Of a DNA stretch of 64,000 nucleotides, positions 56,800-64,000 are shown in pieces (positions within the stretch are counted from its first letter, which is position 1; the number at the start of each line of letters is the position of its first letter). A program made the position numbers and the translations under genes. Under the pieces are notes generated by a model. The model was given only the letters and a program-made list of their open reading frames with translations, was not told the DNA's origin and ran no database searches. Source of the DNA: an uncultured Alphaproteobacteria bacterium (GTDB taxonomy: Bacteria > Pseudomonadota > Alphaproteobacteria > ATCC43930 > CGMCC-115725). The stretch spans positions 56,715-120,714 of the forward strand of contig CAWFER010000016.1 of the NCBI GenBank assembly GCA_963814805.1. The letters are read 5' to 3'.

Positions 56800-57306
56800 G
56801 TGGTCGAAATGACATCTTCTACTTCGGCTTTGCGCCTTGGACCCGAGTTCGACGATTTTCTATTCGCGCCGATCGGCGAAGACAGAAACGGAATGTTGCT
56901 CAGTGTCCTCTCAGCGCTGGCGCGACTGGACATCGATCCTTGGCAGGAGGCTGCCGAATTAGCCGGGTTGCCGGGGGAGACTGCGACGCGGCGATTGGCG
57001 TCATTGATTGCGGAACTGCCCGACGAGCCAGCGCCGCATCCAGACCCCGCGACGATTGCCGCTCGCTTGATCGCGCTGTTGCCGCGACCGGCTCGTCCCG
57101 CTAACCCGTCACGCACGGCGTTGCTCGGCGCTGGCGCGGCGACCCATCCCCGGGCCATCATTTACGTATATGTAATTTTTATGGTGGTGGCATTGAGCGC
57201 GCAATGGATCGCAGCAGGCGGTCAACCGCCGGCGCAGGTCGGCAACGTTCAGGCGCCGGCCTCCAGCACTGTTTCCCCACCGGTGCAACCGCCGGTTTCT
57301 AGGTAG
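56800..57306 (+). CDS. hypothetical protein with C-terminal membrane segment
   Basis: 168-aa ORF starting at GTG 56800 or ATG 56809. The N-terminal region FLFAPIGEDRNGMLLSVLSALARLDIDPWQEA looks like a conserved alphaproteobacterial hypothetical family. It has one TM helix (IIYVYVIFMVVALSA). Confidence 0.5.
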   Translation: MVEMTSSTSALRLGPEFDDFLFAPIGEDRNGMLLSVLSALARLDIDPWQEAAELAGLPGETATRRLASLIAELPDEPAPHPDPATIAARLIALLPRPARPANPSRTALLGAGAATHPRAIIYVYVIFMVVALSAQWIAAGGQPPAQVGNVQAPASSTVSPPVQPPVSR

Positions 57307-57622
57307 GAAAGAACTTGACGCTACGGAGCCGCGCCCGCCAAGTCTTGCCGATCCCGCCAATCGGTCGACGCCGAATAGCTCACCGACGCTGGAAGCGGCT
57401 CGTTCATAGTGTCGGATGACCCGCCTTTCCTAGGCATACTGAACTGGCGGCTTGTGGCCACTGTGACGGATTTGACAATTTTACTTTGCAGTCCTTTCCA
57501 AAAACAGGGCTTAATCTCTGCGAGGGTTGGATCGCGCTCGACGTGAGACACACGCCAGACGCAACCCGCGAGGAGATCGCGGCGATAAGAACTAATATAA
57601 GATGGTTTTCGTTAAAGAGAAA

Positions 57623-57904
57623 CTACGTATCAACGTTCGGCCCGACGTCAATTCCGTGATTGGCCAGATGCGCTGATAGGCACGTCGCATCGATCTCGTC
57701 GTGCTCGCCGGAGAGAGTGATCATCTTGACGATTTGGACCGAGCGCGACAGACGCAGCAGTAACGGAGCGTCGTGGACGGCCCTGACGGCTTCGCGACTA
57801 CCGTCCCAGGCGATGGCAATTCTCGCGAGCACGCTCGGCTGTGTGACGGCGGGCACGATCTGAACTACGTCGCCGGCCGCCTCGAACCAGGATGCGTCAG
57901 CCAA
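57623..57904 (-). pseudogene. universal stress protein (UspA family) fragment
   Basis: IAIAWDGSREAVRAVHDAPLLL..VQIV.. resembles the second domain of tandem USPs. An in-frame TAG lies upstream near 57951, and the ORF ends after about 90 aa, too short for a USP. Confidence 0.5.
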
Positions 57905-58027
57905 GCGTTGCGCGGCCTCTTCGTTGAAGATCCTCGCAGCCGCGCCGGCCTACAGGGTCCAGTATGGGCATATCGGACCGTGAACAGGACGGCGAGCCCC
58001 TTCGATGCTCGGCGACAGCATCGCCCC

Positions 58028-58564
58028 TCACCGCGCCCAGGGCGGCGACAGCTCGGCGATCCGGGCCCGAACCGGGCAGTCGGGCATGTGCGCGCCCTGC
58101 AGATAGCCGAGGCTCATCAAGAATTCGGCGACGATCTGGCCGCCGGTAAAGCGGAAGGTCTGGCGAAACAGCCGGGTCCACTCCTCGAGCGGGCGCGGAT
58201 GGTGCAGGTCGAGCCAGTGGGCGAACGAGCCGTGCGATTGGCGCAATACCTGGATCGCGCGCGCATTGTCGATCGCCGCGGCAATCTTGAGCCGGTTGCG
58301 CACGATCCCCGGATCGGCCAGCAGGCGCTCGATATCGGGGGGCCCGAAGGCGGCGACGCGGTCGACCGCGAAATCGGCGAAGGCGGCGCGAAAGGCGGCC
58401 CGCTTGTTGAGGATGGTCAGCCATGAGAGGCCCGCCTGGTTGATTTCGAGCATCAGCCGCTCGAACAGCACCCGCTCGTCCGCGGCCGGAAAGCCGTATT
58501 CGGTATCGTGATAGGGGCCGTGCTGAGGATGGCCGGGCGCCATGCGGCAATAGGCTGCGCTCAC
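58028..58564 (-). CDS. tag: DNA-3-methyladenine glycosylase I
   Basis: YHDTEYGFP, LEINQAGLSWLTILNKR and GPPDIERLLADPGIVRNRLKI are typical Tag motifs. GTG 58564 follows the DUF1467 stop by 1 nt. An alternative start is ATG 58543. Confidence 0.8.
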   Translation of the reverse strand: MSAAYCRMAPGHPQHGPYHDTEYGFPAADERVLFERLMLEINQAGLSWLTILNKRAAFRAAFADFAVDRVAAFGPPDIERLLADPGIVRNRLKIAAAIDNARAIQVLRQSHGSFAHWLDLHHPRPLEEWTRLFRQTFRFTGGQIVAEFLMSLGYLQGAHMPDCPVRARIAELSPPWAR

Positions 58565-58565
58565 C

Positions 58566-58802
58566 TCACGACCCGCCCAATCCGAGCCACGACGAGCGCA
58601 GCACGAAATAAATCGCCAGCCAGACGACCGCGGCAATAACCGTCGTGATCGTCGCTTTCAGCACCAGCCGCGGCCGTTGCGGCGCCCCGGCGGCATGACC
58701 CGGATCATCCGGCTCGGCCGGGGTTACCCACAGCGGCAGCACGGCGAACAGCGTCACCCACCAGACCAGTATGTAGACGATGGCGCCCTGCCACCAGGTC
58801 AT
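58566..58802 (-). CDS. DUF1467 family membrane protein
   Basis: Internal ATG at 58802 opens MTWWQGAIVYILVWWVTLFAVLPLWV... The protein has two TM segments, as is typical of DUF1467. Confidence 0.75.
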   Translation of the reverse strand: MTWWQGAIVYILVWWVTLFAVLPLWVTPAEPDDPGHAAGAPQRPRLVLKATITTVIAAVVWLAIYFVLRSSWLGLGGS

Positions 58803-58853
58803 GACAATGACACCGTCCTCCAAAGTCGCCCGGACCCATGCCTTTTCGCGCGC

Positions 58854-59258
58854 TCACGCCTGTTCGAGCTCGATCAGGGCGCCGCAGAAATCTTTCGGGT
58901 GCAGAAACAGCACCGGCTTGCCGTGGGCGCCCGGCCGCGGTTCAGCGCCGCCGAGCACGCGGGCGCCCTGGGCGATCAGCCGGTCGCGGGCGGCGTTGAT
59001 GTCGTCGACCTCGTAGCACAGATGGTGCATTCCGCCCGACGGATTGCGCTCGAGAAATCCGCGCACCGGCGAGGCGGCGCCGTGCGGTTCGAGCAATTCG
59101 ATCCTGGTATTGGGCAGCTCGACAAAAGCGACGGTAACCCCATGCGCCGGCAATACCTGGGGCGGCGACACCTGGGCGCCCAGCGCCTGGCGATAGATGG
59201 CGCTCGCTGCGGCCAGATTGGGGACGACGATCGCCACGTGATTCAATCGCCCGATCAT
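58854..59258 (-). CDS. mce: methylmalonyl-CoA epimerase
   Basis: 134-aa VOC-fold ORF MIGRLNHVAIVVPNL..VAFVEL.NTRIELLEP..GGMHHLCYEVDDI..FLHPKD is a typical Mce. Confidence 0.85.
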   Translation of the reverse strand: MIGRLNHVAIVVPNLAAASAIYRQALGAQVSPPQVLPAHGVTVAFVELPNTRIELLEPHGAASPVRGFLERNPSGGMHHLCYEVDDINAARDRLIAQGARVLGGAEPRPGAHGKPVLFLHPKDFCGALIELEQA

Positions 59259-59295
59259 CGCCGGTACTCCGTCAAAGGCCGCCCCTCACCCTGAC

Positions 59296-59320
59296 CCCCT
59301 CCCCGCAAGCGGGGCAAGGG
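59296..59320 (-). terminator. GC-rich hairpin downstream of rnj (no U-tract)
   Basis: In CCCCTCCCCG-CAAG-CGGGGCAAGGG, CCCCG pairs with CGGGG and outer CCCT pairs with AGGG. It is related in form to 41922-41946. Confidence 0.35.
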
Positions 59321-59365
59321 AGAAAAGCCGGCGCCTGCAAAGCACAGCGCACGATCACCGTTGCC

Positions 59366-61060
59366 TCAGAGCCGTACGATCTGGATTTCGACCAGCGGGC
59401 GCTTGCCGAAGCGCTCGTTGAGGATGCGGCGCAAAGCCCGCCGGGCCGCCTCGACAACGACCGCATCGTCGGCTCGCGCCCGGTCCGGCAACTCGTCGAC
59501 CGCGCGCTCGATTGCAGTGCGGAGCGCGGGTGCGATCGCTTGCGCCGCTTCGGATTCGACCAGTCCGATCACAACCGTCGCCGGCGGAGCGGCAAGCCGG
59601 CCATGGCGGTCGAGCACCAGGGTGGCGACGACGGTGCCGTTGAACCCGGCCCGGCGGCGGTCCTTCAGTGCCGCGCCGTCGACCGGCAACAGGGTCTTGC
59701 CGTCGCTCGCTAGCCGGCCGACCGTCACCTCGTCGACGATCGCCGCCCCGCCCGCGCCGAGCCGCACCATGTCGCCGTTGTCGACGACCAGCGGCAACGG
59801 CACCTGGCAATCGGCAGCGAGCTGAGCATGGGCGATCAAATGGCGGGCTTCGCCATGCACCGGGATTGCGATCTTCGGGCGGATCATCTGATACATGCGC
59901 ACCAGCTCGTCGCGCGCCGGATGGCCCGAAACGTGGACGAAATGGTCCTGCTCGGTGACGATCTCGATGCCGAGCCGGGCGAGCGAGTTCTGCAGCCGGC
60001 CGATCGATTTTTCGTTGCCGGGAATGATGCGGGAGGAAAAGATCACGACGTCGCCCGGTTCGAGCTCGACGCTCGGATGGTCGTCGCGGGCGATGCGGGC
60101 CAGCGCCGCGCGCGGCTCGCCCTGGCTGCCGGTGCAGATCATCAAGATGCGGTCGCGCGGGATGTAGGCCGCCTCCTCCTCGGAGAGGAACGCGGGCAGA
60201 GCGGCGAGATAGCCGTTTTCGCGCGCCGCCTTGTCCATCCGCCACAACGAGCGGCCGACCAGCGCCACCTCGCGGCCATGCGCGGCGGCGGCAAGCGCGA
60301 TGGTTTCGAGCCGGGCCACGTTGGAGGCGAAACAGGCGACCGCGACGCGGGCGTCGTAGCGGCCAATAAGCTCGGTCAACGAGCGGCGCAGCTCGGCCTC
60401 GGACCCCGAGCTTCCGGGACGCAGCGCGTTGGTCGAGTCGCAGACCATCGCCAAGACGCCCTCGTCGCCGAGCCGCTGCAATGCCGCCTCGTCGGCGGGC
60501 TCACCGATCAGCGGGTCGGGATCGAGCTTCCAGTCTCCGGTGTGCAGCACCGTCCCAGCCGCGGTGCGCAGCACGACGGCGTTGGGCTCCGGGATCGAAT
60601 GGGTGAGCGTGATCAGTTCGAGGTCGAACGGGCCGATCGTGAACCGCCCCGACATCGGCACGACATTGATCTTGACCTTGTCGAGGAGCCCGGCCTCGGC
60701 GAGCTTGGCGCGCAGCAGCGAGGCGGTGAATGGCGTCGCCCACACCGGGCAGCGCAACCGCGGCCACAGATAGGGAATGGCGCCGATATGGTCTTCATGC
60801 GCGTGGGTCGCGACGATGCCGAGCAGCTGCTCGCGGTGCTCGGCGATGAACGCCGGATCGGGCATGACGACATCGAGCCCGGGCTGCGAATCATCGCCGA
60901 AGGTGACGCCGCAATCGACGATCAGCCATTGCCCGGCCGAGCCGTAGAGGCTCAAATTCATGCCGATCTCGCTGGCGCCGCCGAGCGAGACGAACAGCAG
61001 CGCGTCCGGGTCGTCGCCGGAGCCGCCGGGAACGCGATAAGGCAGAGGCAGATCATTCAT
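59366..61060 (-). CDS. rnj: ribonuclease J (metallo-beta-lactamase/beta-CASP family)
   Basis: Internal ATG at 61060 opens MNDLPLPYRV... It has the HxHxDH motif (THAHEDHIGAIP), a beta-CASP region and HVSGHPARDEL. It is intact. Its start overlaps the coaX stop (ATGA). Confidence 0.85.
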   Translation of the reverse strand: MNDLPLPYRVPGGSGDDPDALLFVSLGGASEIGMNLSLYGSAGQWLIVDCGVTFGDDSQPGLDVVMPDPAFIAEHREQLLGIVATHAHEDHIGAIPYLWPRLRCPVWATPFTASLLRAKLAEAGLLDKVKINVVPMSGRFTIGPFDLELITLTHSIPEPNAVVLRTAAGTVLHTGDWKLDPDPLIGEPADEAALQRLGDEGVLAMVCDSTNALRPGSSGSEAELRRSLTELIGRYDARVAVACFASNVARLETIALAAAAHGREVALVGRSLWRMDKAARENGYLAALPAFLSEEEAAYIPRDRILMICTGSQGEPRAALARIARDDHPSVELEPGDVVIFSSRIIPGNEKSIGRLQNSLARLGIEIVTEQDHFVHVSGHPARDELVRMYQMIRPKIAIPVHGEARHLIAHAQLAADCQVPLPLVVDNGDMVRLGAGGAAIVDEVTVGRLASDGKTLLPVDGAALKDRRRAGFNGTVVATLVLDRHGRLAAPPATVVIGLVESEAAQAIAPALRTAIERAVDELPDRARADDAVVVEAARRALRRILNERFGKRPLVEIQIVRL

Positions 61061-61830
61061 TGATTGCGGTTTCTTTGATAAATCAGGCGCAACCCCCACA
61101 GGGTCAGATCCGGGTCGACTTTGTCGATGACGCCGGTCGAGCCGTCGAACAGCGGCGCCAGGCCGCCGGTGGATATGACGCTCATCGGCGCCCCGAATTC
61201 CCGCTTGATGCGTTCGACAAGTCCCTCGACCAGCCCGACATAGCCCCAAAAGATGCCCGATTGCATGCACGCCACGGTGCTGGTGCCGATTACCTTTTCG
61301 GTGCGGGCGATCGGCACGCTCGGCAGCTTCGCCGCGGCCATGGCGAGCGCTCGCAAGGATAGGTTGATGCCGGGGGCGATCACCCCGCCCCGATAATTGC
61401 CATCGGCTCCCACCAGATCAAAGGTGGTGGCGGTGCCGAAATCGACAACGATCAGCGGTCCCTGGTAGCGGTCGTGCGCCGCCACGGTATTGACGAGACG
61501 GTCTGCGCCGACTTCCTCCGGTCGATCGACGAGCGACCGCGCTCCGATCGCCACCCCCGGCTCGCCAACGACGAGCGGCTCAGTATGGCAATACTCGCGG
61601 CACAGCCGGCGCAGATTAAAATTTGCCTCGGGCACGACGCTGGCAATGATCGCGCCATCGATCTGCCGCCGCGACAGATCGTGCAGCCCGAGGAGATGAT
61701 CGAGCCACACCACATACTCGTCGGCGGTGCGGCGCGCGTCGGTGGCGGCGCGCCATGCCCCGGTCAGGCGAGCGCCATCCCACACGGCGAACACCGTGTT
61801 CGTGTTATTGGCATTGACTGCGAGCAGCAT
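61057..61830 (-). CDS. coaX: type III pantothenate kinase
   Basis: Internal ATG at 61830 opens MLLAVNANNTNTVFAVW... The motifs GADRLVN, VVDFGTATTFD and GGVIAPG are present. It is intact. Confidence 0.9.
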   Translation of the reverse strand: MLLAVNANNTNTVFAVWDGARLTGAWRAATDARRTADEYVVWLDHLLGLHDLSRRQIDGAIIASVVPEANFNLRRLCREYCHTEPLVVGEPGVAIGARSLVDRPEEVGADRLVNTVAAHDRYQGPLIVVDFGTATTFDLVGADGNYRGGVIAPGINLSLRALAMAAAKLPSVPIARTEKVIGTSTVACMQSGIFWGYVGLVEGLVERIKREFGAPMSVISTGGLAPLFDGSTGVIDKVDPDLTLWGLRLIYQRNRNQ

Positions 61831-61840
61831 CGCGAGCCCG

Positions 61841-62596
61841 CTAGCGCGCCGGAAACACGTCGCCGGCCGAGATGCGCCGGAGCCCGTCCGCGGTGTCGAG
61901 CAGCAGCGCGCCTTGCTGGTCGAGATCGGCGAAGCGGCCGTGCAGATTGGCGTTTTCGAGGCGAACCCGGATCGGCTCGCCGAGGCCAACCGCGCGGCCG
62001 AGCCACGCCGCGCGCAGCGGCGCGAACCCCGCCTCCCGCCAAGAGCGCACCCAATCCTCGAAATGCCGGGCAAAGGCGCCGAGCAGCGCCGCCGGCTCAG
62101 GCGGGCGATAGCCTTGCGCCGCGATCGAGGTGGCGGGAAACTCGACGTCGGGGGGCGCCGAGACCAGGTTGACGCCGACGCCGACGACCAGAAACGCCAG
62201 GTTCAGATCCTGGCCGATCTCCAATTCGAGCAGGATGCCAGCGATCTTGCGGCCGTCCAGCAGCACGTCATTGGGCCATTTGCCAGCGAGCCCGGCAAGA
62301 TTTGGGATCAGATCGCCGAGCGCGTCGCCGACCGCCAGCGCCGCGGCAAAACCTAGCTGCGCCGCGCGATCGGGCGGGCAGGCCGGGCGCAGCACCAGCG
62401 AGAGATAGAGATTGCCGCGCGGCGACCGCCACTCGCGGCCGCGCCGCCCGCGTCCGGCGGTCTGCGCCAAGGCCCACACCAGGGCGCCTTCGGCCGCACC
62501 TTGCCGCGCCAAGGATTTAGCCTCGTCGTTGGTGCTGCCGACGGTGTCGCGCGAAACCAGCCGATAGTTCGCTGGCAACTGCGGCACTGGGCTCAT
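61841..62596 (-). CDS. birA: biotin--[acetyl-CoA-carboxylase] ligase (no N-terminal HTH)
   Basis: 251-aa ORF with [19 protein letters not shown] and [17 protein letters not shown]. Its start overlaps the nuoN stop (ATGA). Confidence 0.85.
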   Translation of the reverse strand: MSPVPQLPANYRLVSRDTVGSTNDEAKSLARQGAAEGALVWALAQTAGRGRRGREWRSPRGNLYLSLVLRPACPPDRAAQLGFAAALAVGDALGDLIPNLAGLAGKWPNDVLLDGRKIAGILLELEIGQDLNLAFLVVGVGVNLVSAPPDVEFPATSIAAQGYRPPEPAALLGAFARHFEDWVRSWREAGFAPLRAAWLGRAVGLGEPIRVRLENANLHGRFADLDQQGALLLDTADGLRRISAGDVFPAR

Positions 62597-64000
62597 CGCA
62601 CAAACAGCGACGCGGCTGCCGCTTCGGCGCCGCCGACCAGCGGCCCGGGCAGCAGAAAAAAGAACAAGGTCACCAGCGCCGTCACCAGCAGCACGCCTTT
62701 GAGCTCGCCGGCGATCGGCGCATCAAAGGCGGCGTCCGGCTCGTCGAAATACATGACCTTGACGATGCGCAGATAATAAAAGGCCCCGACCACGCTGGTG
62801 ACGACGCCGATCACGGCAAGACCCGTGAGCTTGGCGTCGATCGCCGCGAGGAAAATGTAGAGCTTGGCGAAAAAGCCTGAGACCGGCGGTATCCCGGCGA
62901 GCGAGAACATAAAGATCGCCAAGGCCAGCGCCAATGCCGGCCGGGTGCGCGACAGCCCGGAGAGGTCGGAAATCTCTTCGAGCATCTGCCCGTTTCGGCG
63001 CATGCACAAGATGACCGCCCAGGCGCCGAGGGTCATGAACAGATAGATCGCCAGATAGACCAGGACGCCGCGGATCCCGGCCGCGGTGCCGGCGGCGAGC
63101 CCGATCAGCGCATAGCCGACATGGCCGATCGAGCTGTAGGCCATCAGCCGCTTGATATTGTGCTGGGCGATCGCGGCGACCGAGCCGAGGATCATCGAGG
63201 CGACCGACAGAAACACGATGACCTGGCGCCATTCGCCGATCAGCGGGCTGAACGGACCGACCATCAGCCGGATGAACAGCGCCAGCGCCGCCAATTTGGG
63301 GGCGACCGCAAAGAACGCAGTGACCGGGGTCGGCGCCCCCTCGTAGACGTCGGGCGTCCACATGTGGAACGGCACCGCCGAAGTCTTGAAGGCGAGCCCG
63401 GCGATGATGAAGACAAGACCGACGATCAGCCCCGGCGAAACCGCGGCGCCGCCAACCAGCACCCGCGCGAGATCGGCGAAGCCGGTGGCGCCGGCAAAGC
63501 CGTAGACCAGCGAAATGCCATAGAGCAGCATGCCCGAGGACAGCCCGCCCAGAACAAAGTATTTGAGCCCGGCCTCGCTCGAGCGGGGCGAATTGCGATC
63601 GAAGCTGGCGACCACGTAGAGCGCCAGATTCTGCAATTCGAGCCCGACATAGAGGGTGATCAGATCGTTGGCCGAGATCATCACCATCATCCCGGTGGTG
63701 GCCAGCAAGACCAGAACCGGAAATTCGAAGCGGCCGATCCCCTGCTCGTCGTTGTAGCGAATGCTCATCAGGATCGTGACCGCCGAGCCGGTCAGCACCA
63801 GCGATTTCATAAACAGGGCGAAGGCGTCGGTGACGAACATCCCGTAAAAGCCGACGCGGCGCGCCGGCCCGCCGGCGAAGGCGACGGCGAGGACCGCGAT
63901 CAGCGCCGTGATCGCCAGCCACGAGACGAGGCGGGTCGAGCCCTCGCCGCGAAAGGCGCCAAGGAGCAGGAGCGCCATCGCCGAGGCGGCGAGCACTATC
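62593..64000 (-). CDS. nuoN: NADH-quinone oxidoreductase subunit N, 5' end at or beyond the window edge
   Basis: Polytopic membrane ORF of at least 467 aa with typical NuoN sequence ([52 protein letters not shown]). It is open up to the window end. Confidence 0.85.
   Translation of the reverse strand, partial: IVLAASAMALLLLGAFRGEGSTRLVSWLAITALIAVLAVAFAGGPARRVGFYGMFVTDAFALFMKSLVLTGSAVTILMSIRYNDEQGIGRFEFPVLVLLATTGMMVMISANDLITLYVGLELQNLALYVVASFDRNSPRSSEAGLKYFVLGGLSSGMLLYGISLVYGFAGATGFADLARVLVGGAAVSPGLIVGLVFIIAGLAFKTSAVPFHMWTPDVYEGAPTPVTAFFAVAPKLAALALFIRLMVGPFSPLIGEWRQVIVFLSVASMILGSVAAIAQHNIKRLMAYSSIGHVGYALIGLAAGTAAGIRGVLVYLAIYLFMTLGAWAVILCMRRNGQMLEEISDLSGLSRTRPALALALAIFMFSLAGIPPVSGFFAKLYIFLAAIDAKLTGLAVIGVVTSVVGAFYYLRIVKVMYFDEPDAAFDAPIAGELKGVLLVTALVTLFFFLLPGPLVGGAEAAAASLFVR

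Overview
High-G+C alphaproteobacterial chromosome segment. A Rhizobiales- or Rhodospirillales-like origin is suggested by: fused TrpE(G) with a WWW leader peptide, GapR/DUF2312, purS-purQ-purL-bolA-grxD synteny, a GAAC-N7-GAAC SOS box and CIRCE upstream of groES. Most of the window is ordinary housekeeping DNA: purSQL, bolA/grxD, gapR, threonine aldolase, cobE, ctaA, methylmalonyl-CoA mutase and epimerase, trpE(G)/trpD/trpC, moaC/moeA, lexA, tatBC, hflKC, apbC, groESL, tag, rnj, coaX, birA and nuoN. It also holds a three-gene glycosyltransferase cluster, a GT2/LpxH-like pair, a ClC channel, and MarR and Crp/Fnr regulators. I recognised no rRNA, tRNA, CRISPR array, transposase or integrase.

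Three things stand out.

1. Many conserved genes are readable only by joining two or three frames of the ORF track, and frc also carries an in-frame TAG. These breaks are patchy, because several multi-kb blocks are completely intact. I label the broken genes 'pseudogene (as sequenced)', but uncorrected assembly indels are the most parsimonious explanation.

2. Four or five short islets of visibly lower G+C sit between core genes.
- One is a PD-(D/E)xK-like orphan ORF wedged between purS and purQ.
- One is a two-ORF islet plus a REP-like tandem downstream of the mutase.
- One is an RgpF-like glycosyltransferase.
- One is a 303-aa orphan downstream of trpE(G).
- One is an islet of decayed gene fragments next to groEL.

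3. An open frame of about 1,600 codons joins CheB, CheR, PAS, histidine kinase and REC domains to a complete FixJ-type regulator (REC plus LuxR HTH), with no stop at the junction. A perfect 20-bp palindrome lies upstream.

I did not find a convincing multi-gene novel system. The candidates above are ranked honestly in the findings. All calls come from reading the translations and sequence by eye, with no searches run. Frameshift counts and G+C statements are approximate.
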